This document shows, one piece after another, positions 51,384-62,020 of a stretch of DNA of 64,000 bases; within the stretch, counting starts at the first letter, position 1, and each line of letters begins with the position of its first letter. Made by a program: the position numbers and the translations under genes. Source of the stretch: Felis catus (lineage: Eukaryota); the NCBI RefSeq assembly GCF_018350175.1, contig NC_058368.1, positions 118,546,001-118,610,000 on the forward strand, in the 5' to 3' direction. Below the pieces are notes generated by a model. The model saw only the letters and a list, made by a program, of their open reading frames with translations, had not been told where the DNA came from and ran no database searches.

Positions 51384-51500
51384 TTTTTTTTTTTGTTTTC
51401 TTTTGTTTTCAAGAAATCTCTACATCCAACGGGGGGCTTGAACTTAAAGTCCTGAGGTCAAAAGTCACAGCCTCCACCAACTGAGCCAGCCAGGCTCCCC
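51384..51500 (-). mobile_element. Short old CanSINE (tRNA head plus tail only)
   Basis: ggggcttgaactta...ctccaccaactgagccagccaggctcccc; TSD acctacttt. Confidence 0.85.
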
Positions 51501-53329
51501 AAATACCTACTTTATATAGAGTGTTAGGGTATTTCTAGAGAATCATAACCCAAGAGTACTTTCACTCCTCCAGAGCTACTGGTCAAAATCAAACTGTAGC
51601 TGCCCTTGTTCCTCACTGGGGGGAAGGTACCTCACTGACCCATGCTGCCACCACACCCCCACCCTGGTTCGTAGCTAATTCAACACCTTCTCCCACCCCT
51701 TCTTTTTAAACCTCATAAATTACCAAGCAAGTGAAAGGTTCACATTTTCCTCTTGTCTGTGGTAGTTACACATCTGCCTGCATTTTACTCTGTAGCCTGT
51801 TGACATGGAAAAGGAACTCTTGGAGGCTTTCATTGTATTAGTGCTCTCTGAAGTCTTTTTTCCAATCCATTTGACCTCATGCTCCTTTTTTGCTCTTGCT
51901 GCGTGTAAGCTAGCTTGATCCAGTCCACCTTATGTTGCTTTCGAAGGCTAAAAAAGTCCTGTGACCAAATGTTTAGCAGGCTGTGCAGACATGTTGGATT
52001 GACAGCTTGATCTAAGTCCATTTCCTGCTTTACACCACCCCCCAACCCCCAAGCCAAAGGTGGAAACACAGCAAGTTACATAAGTTGTTGGAGCAGCCCA
52101 GATGGCTGGCTGCTGGCCCAGGCAAACTCAGCGTTGGAGCACTTGGGAATGCCTGCACTGGCAGTAAAACATGGGCCCGTTTTTAATGAGAACAATCATT
52201 TTGTTTAGCTGTGTGGATCAGAACAGTAGAGCAAAGTCGGGGCTGTGATCCCCTGAACATGGCTGCTGGCTTCACTCTGGGGCAGGATGTTGGAGAGTGG
52301 GGTTATAGCAGGAAGGAGTCTATCTCTATTCTCTAGCCTTGACTGAACGAGAAAAAGAGGCCTGAAGGACAGGAGTAACAACGTTCAACAGCTTGGAAGC
52401 CCCATGGAGTCAGGGAGGGGAGGGAAGGAATCTGAAAAGGAAGGAAAGGATCTCATCACCAGTGTCTGCCAGTTCCAGCCTCAATACTCTGTGTTTTCAG
52501 TGTCCGAGCTTATCCTTTTGTCGTATGCCTTTCTTCTTGCAAGGTTTTGAAAGGACATAGTTCTGGCAGATTTGATGCACAGTGTGGATAAAGTTAACTG
52601 AGTCCAAATTGCAGGCTTGGCTTGTTGTGTCTGCTGTTGTTTGGAAGAAGATAGATCAGAGGCTGCAAGGAGGCCCTGGGACCTTTTGTCTGGGTTGCCA
52701 ATAGTGGGCTCACGGGGAGATGGTCTCTGGGTCTTGCCTCCTGTATATGGCCTTGATGTGATCTAGAAAAAGTTGTCCAAGGTGCCTGCCCACCTCTGGC
52801 ACCACATACAGGCCTTGTATAAAGAATTGATGATTATTTCATCCAGGTGACCTGAGAGCCGCTTGGGACAGTCATGCCTCTCCAGAGCAGCCCCCCAGAG
52901 CTTGCCCAGCACCCATCTCACTCTATCACCCACCCGCATGGGTCTGCACCTTGTTGGCAGGTGGGGTGGAGAGGGAATGGATCACCTCACTGTTGGCTAC
53001 TCAAGTTCTTTTGAAACGGAGAAGATTGTGTATGTCCTTGATATTGGAGGCTGATCCTTCCTTGCTACTCCATGGTAGATTAGGCTCAGAGATGCTAATC
53101 CTCTGTTTCTATTGATTTAGAATTGGTCAAAGGTGGGAAATAACGGAAAGCATAAAGATAAAAAGGATTGCCATTCAACTTACAGAGAGTAGTGGCTAAT
53201 TTCTGATGTTTGTATTTTCAGCCTTTTTTTCACATATATTTATATATACTCACATGCAAACAAAATGATCACTTTCCATATATTGCAATACAAGTAGGAC
53301 TTACAGGGTTTATCGTATTTTTCTCCTAC

Positions 53330-54050
53330 GTATCAGTCTAGCCATGAGTTTTGACAACTGAAAATCCAGCCAACAGTAGATGAAGGGGGGCTATTTAGGC
53401 ATGGAGCTCTAAGATAGCAGTTAGGGGTAGACTGGCTGGTGCTGTGAACCCTTGAGGGTCCCAAATTCTTTTCATCTTTCTCTAACTCCATCTGTAGGGT
53501 GTAGGCTTTGTCTTCCTTGTCACCTCATGATTGCAAGAGGATTGTTGTACTTCCTGGCCTTGTGTCTTTGGTTCAGGCAGGGAGAAGGAAGGAGTCAAGA
53601 AGAGTGATGGGCTTGTGCCAGAGGAACACAGGTTTCCCAGGAATCCACAGCATCCATTGGCTTCTGTCTCACAGGGTGGACCTGAATCACATTCCTACCC
53701 CCAGAGGATTCTAGTGTTTTCAGCTGGAGAAAATTTGTTTCTACATAATCAGGGGTCTGTTTTTTTATTTTTTTTTATTTTTTTCAACGTTTTTTTAATT
53801 TATTTTTGGGACAGAGACAGAGCATGAACGAGGGAGGGGCAGAGAGAGAGGGAGACACAGAATCGGAAACAGGCTCCAGGCTCTGAGCCATCAGCCCAGA
53901 GCCTGACGCGGGGCTCGAACTCACGGACCGCGAGATCGTGACCTGGCTGAAGTCGGACGCTTAACTGACTGCGCCACCCAGGCGCCCCAGGGGTCTGTTT
54001 TTAATGGAGAAGAGTGGACATTGTATAGATAACTGGCAGTGTCTGTCACA
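53330..54050 (-). mobile_element. Old MaLR LTR (MLT1J-like) interrupted by a SINE
   Basis: ccttgtcacctcatgattgcaag...tagataactggcagtgtctgtcaca. Confidence 0.5.
53762..53988 (-). mobile_element. Young SINEC_Fc
   Basis: Near consensus; TSD AGGGGTCTGTTTTT at 53751-53764 and 53989-54002. Confidence 0.97.
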
Positions 54051-54291
54051 CCTTGTTTCTAAATATTATTCCACCACCAGAAGTTCTTGGGGGGGCTTAG
54101 AACTATTCCTTTGATGACATTAACAAAATTGTGTGTACTCTTTTCAGAAAAATGTATACATACATAACCCTTTACATATGATATCAGAGAGGTTTATGTG
54201 GGCACTGAGACCCTTCTGTGGACTGCTATCTGTGAGTCTTTCCTCAGTATGAATTCATAGAAGTGACACGCTTGGTGAACCCATAGATCTG

Positions 54292-54380
54292 TTTTTTGTT
54301 TTTGTTAAGTTTATTCATTTATTTTGAGAGAAGGAGAGAGTAAGTGAGCATGAGCAGGGGAGGGGCAGAGAGGGGAAGTG

Positions 54381-54414
<34 letters not shown>

Positions 54415-54537
54415 CCCAGGCAGGCTCTGTGCTATCAACATGGAGCCTGATGGGGGCTCAGTCTCATGAATTACGAGGTCATGACCTGAGCTGAAATAGA
54501 GTCAGATGCTCAACAGACTGAGCCACTGAGGCACCCC
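54292..54537 (-). mobile_element. CanSINE with expanded (GA)n
   Basis: TSD tagatctgttttt. Confidence 0.92.
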
Positions 54538-55136
54538 TAGATCTGTTTTTAAAGGCTGCTGTCCATGACGACTGTGTTAATTTATGTTTTCATAAGTCCT
54601 ATATGGTAGTGTCTATTTCCCTGAGCCTACATTGATGTTGTCACCATTTTTTAAAAATCTATACATTTTTTAAAAAGGTGCAAAATATCCATTATAATTT
54701 GTATTTTTTTGTGTCGTAATGAACTTGAATATTCCTTACATTTATTGAATACTTGTCCTCCTTTTACAAATAATTTATCCTTTGTCCATTTGTTTTTCTA
54801 TTGATGTATTTCCTTTTCTTTCATTGGTTGTGAGAACTCTATGTGTTAGGGCTATGAACTATATAATGTACTTTATCTTTGCTTGAGGCATCTACATTCT
54901 GAGATTAAATACTTATCTCAAATTTGTTTGGGCATCAAAACAGTGTAAGGCAGAGATCCACCCCGATTTTGTTTCCCTCCATATGATTATTGTTCCCTTA
55001 GCAACATTATTTCCAAGCTGATTTGAAGTGCTCTAAGAAGGTTTAAGAAGCATAACAGATTTTTAAGCACGTGGAGAATATAGGAGTTAGCTTCTGTGAA
55101 AGAAACTGCATCAGCTGCCATGCTTTGAGACATTGG

Positions 55137-55381
55137 TTTTTTTTTTATGTTTATTTATTTTGGGGAGACAGACAGAGTGCAAGCAGGGGAGGGGAAGAGA
55201 GAGAGAGGGAGACACAGAATCTGAAGCAGGCTCCAGGCTCCAGGCTCCAGGCTCCAGGCTCCAGGCTCCAGGCTCCAAGCTGTCAGCAACAGAGCCTCAT
55301 GTGGAGCTTGAACCCATGAAGCGCAGGATCATGACCTGGGCTGAAGTCAAATGCTTAACCAACTGAGCCATCAGGCGCCCC
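55137..55381 (-). mobile_element. CanSINE with internal (CAGGCTC)7 expansion
   Basis: Seven perfect units at 55227-55275. Confidence 0.95.
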
Positions 55382-55687
55382 TCAATTTTTGTTTTTTTAT
55401 GCCTGACACACTTCTGGGGAGTGAGGAGATTTGGTCCCTGTGTCTTGCCCTGATGCTGACTGCTGAACCTTTTGGAATGAGAATAACTATAAGTGTGCAA
55501 TTTAATACTTAAAATGCTGGTAGACAGATGGCAGTTTACTCTTCCCAGATTTGAAGGGTTCTCTAAGTCCTAAATTCATTTTTAATTACATAACTTCTTT
55601 AGGTGTTAGGATTGGAACTTACTAAGTTAATGTGAACTGAGCCTAGCATGTGCATTGACAGCACTTTAAATGTCCTTGGTTTATAAC

Positions 55688-56880
55688 GTCATTCATCAAG
55701 TGTTTATTGGATGCCAGCTATGCTCAAGGCCCTCTGCTGTCCATGGGGATAAATCTGTCACCTTGCTATTATTTCACAGTGGAAATGATGAATGTGAGGT
55801 ATATACACAGTACTTTAAAATAGAAGAGATGATTTTAGGCAGTTGGAGACAGCTTCATAGAGGAGGCACATATGGGTAGGGCTTTGAAGGATAGGCAGAG
55901 CTGGATGGAAGGGCTCTCTTGGCAAGAAATGTAGGAACGAGGGTTCTTAGGAAAGCATGGGACAAGTGTAGGAAATGCCAGTTATATTTGGCTAGGGCAC
56001 GAAGGTTGGGTGGAGAAAGGGGAAAGTAAGTTAGGAAATGTTGGGGCCAGCTTCAGAGGCCTCACATAGAAATAGGACATTATGCTGTTAGTGATGATGT
56101 GACTGGAACAGCTTTGGAGCAGAAGTGATTTCAGAGCTGTGGCCACGTGAAGGATGTGTTAATGAGGGGAGGGTGAAGTTAAACCAGTTCAAAGGCATTC
56201 CAGGCAAGGCTCCCCAACAGGAGTCTTGGGACTGAATGGGAAGGAATGGATGTGACCATCATTTAGAAAGCAAAATACAATTACTCTCACTTGATTAGCT
56301 GTGAGAGTAAGAAGACAAGACCTAAAGATTTTGGGTCCAAGTTACTGATGGAAGAGTCTTGCCGTTACCCAAGATAGTGATGATTAACTACTGTTTACTG
56401 AACCTTTACTGTGTGCCAGGCACTGTGCCATTTGGGTTGAATGATCCCCGTTTTATAGATGGGGCCATTGAGGCACAGAGAGGTGTCACAACTAGAAAGG
56501 ACAGTTGCTATGTGAAAACAGGTTGTGTATTTTCTACCCCCTATGAAACGGCCTTATATCAGCTGACTACAAACAAGTTCTAATTTAACTGCTGGTTCAC
56601 AGTTTGAAAGCGTTTCTCCCTCCCATTGTCTCAGAAACCCTTCTTGTTGGTGTGAAGAGGAATAGGTGCTGGGTTTGAGGTTCAGGGAAATTCCCAGGTG
56701 GAGATGACCAGCAAGTAGTTAGAAGTGGAGGTGTGCTGCTCAGAAAGCCAGAGGGAGGTTGGGGTTGTATGTTTAGAAGTAGGCTGCCATCTGCATAGAA
56801 GCATTTGTTGAAGCTGTGGGAATGGGTGAAATTTCTAAGTGTTGTTCATAGGAAGAGAGAGCGTGTTAAGAGAGCCAGGG
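55688..56880 (-). mobile_element. L2 remnants (with MIR-like insert)
   Basis: cattcatcaagtgtttattggatgccagctatg start; caggtggagatgaccagcaagtagttagaa...atttgttgaagctgtgggaatgggtga. Confidence 0.55.
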
Positions 56881-56989
56881 AAGGAGATTTAGGAGTTTTT
56901 GGGGTAAGTTATGGAATTTTCCATGTATACGGCTGGTCGAGTGGCAATTGGTAAATCTACCCACAACCTAGTAAAGTTGAACATGCACA

Positions 56990-57392
56990 AGTCTTGCAGT
57001 GGTCATTGTTGTAACTACTCAGTTCTGCTGTTGTAGCACAAAGCAGCCGTGGACAATATGTTGATGGTTAAGCATCACTGTTTTCAAAGAATCTTTGCTT
57101 AAAAAGCACACGGCAGGGGTGCCTGGGTGGCGCAGTCGGTTAAGCGTCCGACTTCAGCCAGGTCACGATCTCGCGGTCCGTGAGTTCGAGCCCCGCGTCG
57201 GGCTCTGGGCTGATGGCTCGGAGCCTGGAGCCTGTTTCCGATTCTGTGTCTCCCTCTCTCTCTGCCCCTCCCCCGTTCATGCTCTGTCTCTCTCTGTCCC
57301 AAAAATAAATAAACATTGAAAAAAAAATTAAAAAAAAAAAAAAGCACACGGCAGACTGGATATGGCCTGCAGGCTATAGTTGGCTGACTCTG
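56990..57392 (+). mobile_element. MER58-like element split by a SINE
   Basis: gttgtaactactcagttctgctgttgtagcacaaagcagccgtggacaata ... ggatatggcctgcaggctatagttggctgactctg. Confidence 0.78.
57116..57338 (+). mobile_element. Young SINEC_Fc
   Basis: Near consensus; TSD AAAAAGCACACGGCAG at 57101-57116 and 57339-57354. Confidence 0.97.
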
Positions 57393-57983
57393 ACTCAGGG
57401 AATTCATACACATGTACAAAAGGAGACCAGTGGAAAGGTTGTTCACTGTACTGTGGTTTATCATAGTGAAAAATTGGCAATAATCTATATTGTTCATCTG
57501 TCCAGAAATGGATAAGCAATGGCTTATTCATTGAATGGAATGCTTTACAGTGGGTAAAATGAATAAATTTGATCTGTGTGTATCAATGTGGATAAATCCC
57601 AAGAGCATAATAGTAACTGAAAAAGCAAGTTAGATACATACTTGGCATCATGCCATTTATGTACATTTTAAAAACATAAAAGAAATATGCTGTTTATGGA
57701 CATGTATTCACATAGAAGTATTCAAACAGGCTTAGGAATGGTACAACACCATCTGTGGGTAGAGGAAGAAAGGGACAGAGGTGGAGCTAGGGGCTATGAT
57801 ATTTATTTAGTTCCTTAGAGATCTCTGTTGGAAACAAATTTAGAAAGCTGCCAATATCAGCTCTATCTGCATCATGAGTCTTTGGGTGACTGTCAAGTGT
57901 GGTGTTTTGTTTTTTTTTTTTTGTATTTTTATGTATGCTGAAAATTTTTCGTTGGCTTATGTTTGACTGTGTACATACATACA

Positions 57984-58624
57984 CAGTTGATCCTTATTAT
58001 TCACAGATTCCATATTTGTGAATCTACCTACTTGCGGACATTAGTTTATATCCCTAAATCAATACTGGTAATGTTTTCATAGTCTTGGTGATATGCACAG
58101 AGAATGCAGAGAAACATTATAGTTGCCTGACACGTGTTTCCAGCTGAGGTTGGACAAGGTGATATACTCTGCCATCATGTTTGAGCCCTCAGATTGTAAG
58201 TAAGTGTCCTTTTTGCTATATTTAGCGCCACTTATTTTGTGTTACTGTGTTTTTTTGTTGGTGATGACACTGTTTAAAGTGGTCCCCAGGCCTAGTGCTG
58301 AAGTTCTGGCTAGTGTTCCTAAGCACAAGAAGGCTGTCATACATATTACAGAGAAGACACCTGTTAGATGAGCTTCCATCGGGCATCAGATAAAGTGCTG
58401 TCAGTCAGGATTTGGGTGTTAATGAATCAACAATATATAGGATAAGGTGTCTTTAAACAGAAACACACATCAAACAAGGTTATGTGTTGATCAGTTGATG
58501 AAAATGTTGGGACCAGAAGCTTGTGGGAACCTAACTCTGTGTTTCCCATAGTCCCATATTGACTAATTCAGTGTTTATGGTGACTTTCAACAACATAACC
58601 AGAGTGAATAATAAGAAATGACTG
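57984..58624. mobile_element. Full-length MER82-like Tigger (Tc1/mariner) non-autonomous element
   Basis: 21-bp imperfect TIRs CAGTTGATCCTTATTATTCAC (57984-58004) and GTGAATAATAAGAAATGACTG (58604-58624), TA at the right flank; interior matches the recalled MER82 consensus. Confidence 0.88.
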
Positions 58625-59261
58625 TATGTGTGTATGTATGTATGTCTGTTTTATTATTGTATATTTAGAATTACATTGCATTTTCGGTTATTTTATATTC
58701 ATATATAGTATTTGTATGTAAATATTTTTTTCCAAGTTAAAAAAAAGATAATCACTAAATAGAGGAGCCTGCAGAGTTGCTTGGGTTGCATGGCCGGCCG
58801 GGTAGGGTTCAGGAGAGGTGAACATTTAAAGGACACAGGCTAATTATATCAAGTGCTGCAGGAAAGGTCCCGTAAGTAGCTTTGTTCTGTGTTTACCTGT
58901 CGTGCTCTCCAGTTCAGGTTGGAAGTAAGGCATATCCTAATCTCTCCTGTCCTCCACTCTGGAGGGGGGACCCCTGTGGGCTTAGTTCTCCCAGTTACCT
59001 TTGGCTTCTGGCTGTGCTTGTAATTGAGCTTGGTGGCTCTGTGTATGGCATGCTTCAGCTCTCTACAGAAGAAGCAAAGGAAGCTGGGATTAGGCACTTT
59101 GTGCTTGTGATGCCGATATGCATAACAACTCCTTACTTCCCAGTCAGCTTTAAACTACATTGTTCAGTAAGCTGAGCTGGTCTTTGGTCAGCAGCCTTCT
59201 CACCCTGCTTCCTTTTTCCTTCTGTCCTTACTTCTTGTTCTAAGTTTGCAAGACCTCATTC

Positions 59262-59735
59262 TTTTTTTTTTTTTAATGTTTGTTTATTTTTTTTCAACGT
59301 TTATTTATTTTTTGGGGGGGACAGAGAGAGACAGAGCATGAACGGGGGAGGGGCAGAGAGAGAGGGAGACACAGAATCGGAAACAGGCTCCAGGCTCTGA
59401 GCCATCAGCCCAGAGCCTGATGCGGGGCTCGAACTCCCAGACCGCGAGATCGTGACCTGGCTGAAGTCTGACGCTTAACCCACTGCGCCACCCAGGCGCC
59501 CCAATGTTTGTTTATTTTTGAGATAGACGGAGGGAGGGAGGGGGGCGCATGAGAAGAGTAAGGGCAGAGAGAGAGAGAGAGAGAGGGAGACACAGAATCT
59601 GAAGCAGACTCCAGGCTCCAAGCTGTCAGTCCAGAGCCCAATGCAGGGCTCGAACTCATGAACCATGAGATCAGGACCTGAACCAAAATTGGATGCTTAA
59701 CCGACTGAGCCATTGTCCCTACAAGGGGACCCCTA
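59262..59735 (-). mobile_element. Older CanSINE (host of a nested SINE)
   Basis: TSD CAAGACCTCATTCTT at 59249-59263 and 59736-59750. Confidence 0.93.
59292..59502 (-). mobile_element. Young SINEC_Fc nested in the tail of the older SINE
   Basis: TSD AATGTTTGTTTATTTTT at 59275-59291 and 59503-59519. Confidence 0.96.
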
Positions 59736-60424
59736 CAAGACCTCATTCTTAACCAGTTGTCAGCAATCCCCAGTTTAGCAGGTTGCTGAAAAGATATAAG
59801 GTGTGAACCTCCCATTGTAGTATGAAACCTATAAAATAAATAGAGCCTTTACTTGAGCCCCTCAGGACTGAAAGGACTCATTTTTGATGGTAGGATATGT
59901 AAAGAGTTAGGCAGTGGAGGAGTCTGGAATTAAAAAAAAATTTTTTTTAATTGTTTCAGGTGTCTCTTTTGATGGATTAGGAAATTAAGATCCAGAGAGA
60001 GGGAGAGTCTTAAGATCACACAGGTCAATGGCTCGTCAAGACCACACACTTGTTAGCTCCCAGGATTCCTTGCCTCTTCAGATTAAAGTGTGTAGGTAGC
60101 CATGTGGTTAGCCATGTGCCCTGAAAGTTAGGCTTGATCAGATAGATAGAGAGAAAGAGAGACAGATCTTTATAGAGCTCATTTACTTACCTCTTTGTCC
60201 TGTGAACTGAACATGTAGGGAGCGCATAGCGGTTTGGTTAATAGTATGAGGACCCCTAAAGGTTATATGGATCGACTCTGTATGACAACTTTCTAGGGGG
60301 TGAGGAGAAGTGGAGTGAGGTGATTAGTGCTACTCATGACTGAATTTGTATTTTAAACCATTGAGTTTCAGATCTGGGCTGTGACTCAGAAGCACCTATA
60401 AATTATGTTTACAAACTAGGGGAA

Positions 60425-61466
60425 CTAGGGAAATTAATTCAAGATGGACCATAAACTTTAAACATAAAAACTGTCACTATGAAGTTTCCAGAAGAAAAAA
60501 CATAGTGCAAAATGTTTGTTGTCTTTGTCTGGTGTTAGCAGAGATTTCTTAATAGGATATAGAGAGCAATACCTCTACAAAAAAGAAAACTTTGACTTTA
60601 AATTTGACTCTAAAAACTTGTCCTTATCAAAAGGTACCATTGAGAAAGTCAGTTGGCAAGCCAGAGGATGGGAGAAAATACTTGCAGAACATATATCTGA
60701 CACAGGACTTATATCCAGAATGTATAGAGAGCTCATAAAACTCAGTAATAAAAAGGACAATTCCACAAAAGACTTGAACAGAGGCCTCACAAAAGAAAAT
60801 TAAGAATGTCTAGTAAGCTCATGAAAAGCTCATCACCATCATTAGTTATCAGCAAAGTGCAAATTAAAACCACAGTGAGATATTCCTATATACCCACCAG
60901 AATGGCTAAAATTAAGACTGCCAGTACCATGTGTTGGTGGGTCTGTGGAACAGCCCGAGTACTCGGGCACGATTGGTAGGAGTGTAAGACAATCCTGTTG
61001 GAAATGAGATTGTCAGTGTCTTGTTTAATAATAAAAAATCCATACCCTATAACTGAGCAATTCCATTCTTGGTTATGTACACATAACATAACAGGTTATG
61101 TACATTCCTGGTTATGTGCACATAGAAATGAAAGCCTATGTCCTCAGAAAGACTTACACAAAAACCTTTGGAGTGTCTTCATTTATGATAGCCAAAGACA
61201 GGGAACAACACCCTGGGTGTCTGTGAACAGGAAAATCAATATACAGTGATATAGTCAAATAATAAAACAATACTCAGTCATAAACAGGACCAGAAGTATT
61301 GATTTCATGCCACAGCATGGATAAATCCTCAAAATTTTATGCTGAGGAAATAGGACAGCCATAAAGAGTATATACTGTATGATGCCGTTTATATGGTGTT
61401 TAAGGACAGGCGAAACTAATGGTGGGTGCACACCACAACAGAACAGTTACTGCACGTGTGTGCAAG

Positions 61467-61520
<54 letters not shown>

Positions 61521-61760
61521 GGGGGGCTCTGGGAGAGCGTTGGAGGTACAACTGCAAGAGGCCTGAGGTGATAGAAAATTTCTGCCTTGATCAGGGTTTT
61601 TAAGGCATGGATGTATGAAATCATCACAACTCACTTAAGAGTTAAAAAAGGCCTTACCTTAAAAAGGCTGATAAACCAATATTGAACTTTAGTAAATGAT
61701 AAGGGTACTCAAGTGCTTAGATGAGAAGTGCTGATGTTTGCAACAGTTTATAAAAAGAGG
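60425..61760 (+). mobile_element. Ancient L1 (L1M) ORF2 end plus 3'UTR with (TG)n at ~61469-61519
   Basis: Peptide WEKILAEHISDTGLISRMYRELIKL; gcaaattaaaaccacagtgagata...cccaccagaatggctaaaattaa. Confidence 0.88.
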
Positions 61761-61770
61761 AAGTTGGATT

Positions 61771-61904
61771 GGGGCGCCTGGGTGGTTCAGTCAGTTTAGC
61801 GTCCAGTTCTTGATTTTGCCTCAGATCATGATCCCAGGGTCATGGGATCGAGCCCCATTTGGGCTCTGTGCTGTGTGGAGCCTGCTTAAGATTCTCCCCT
61901 TCTC

Positions 61905-61944
<40 letters not shown>

Positions 61945-62020
61945 TCTCTCCCTCTCCCTCCATTCGCCTCTCTCTCCCGCTTGCACATGTGCTCTCCTTC
62001 TAAAATAGAAGAAAAAAAGT
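61771..62020 (+). mobile_element. CanSINE with expanded (CT)n
   Basis: ggggcgcctgggtggttcagtc head, (CT)n, A-rich tail. Confidence 0.92.

Larger units (their letters stand above)
56935..57950 (+). mobile_element. Ancient L1 (L1ME-like) 3' region hosting MER58 and a SINE
   Basis: atagtgaaaaattggcaataatct...gaaatggataagc...atcaatgtggataaatcccaagagcataa...gaaaaagcaagt. Confidence 0.7.

Noticed and set aside
57116..57200. tRNA-like A/B boxes
   Set aside because: tRNA-derived SINE heads, not tRNA genes
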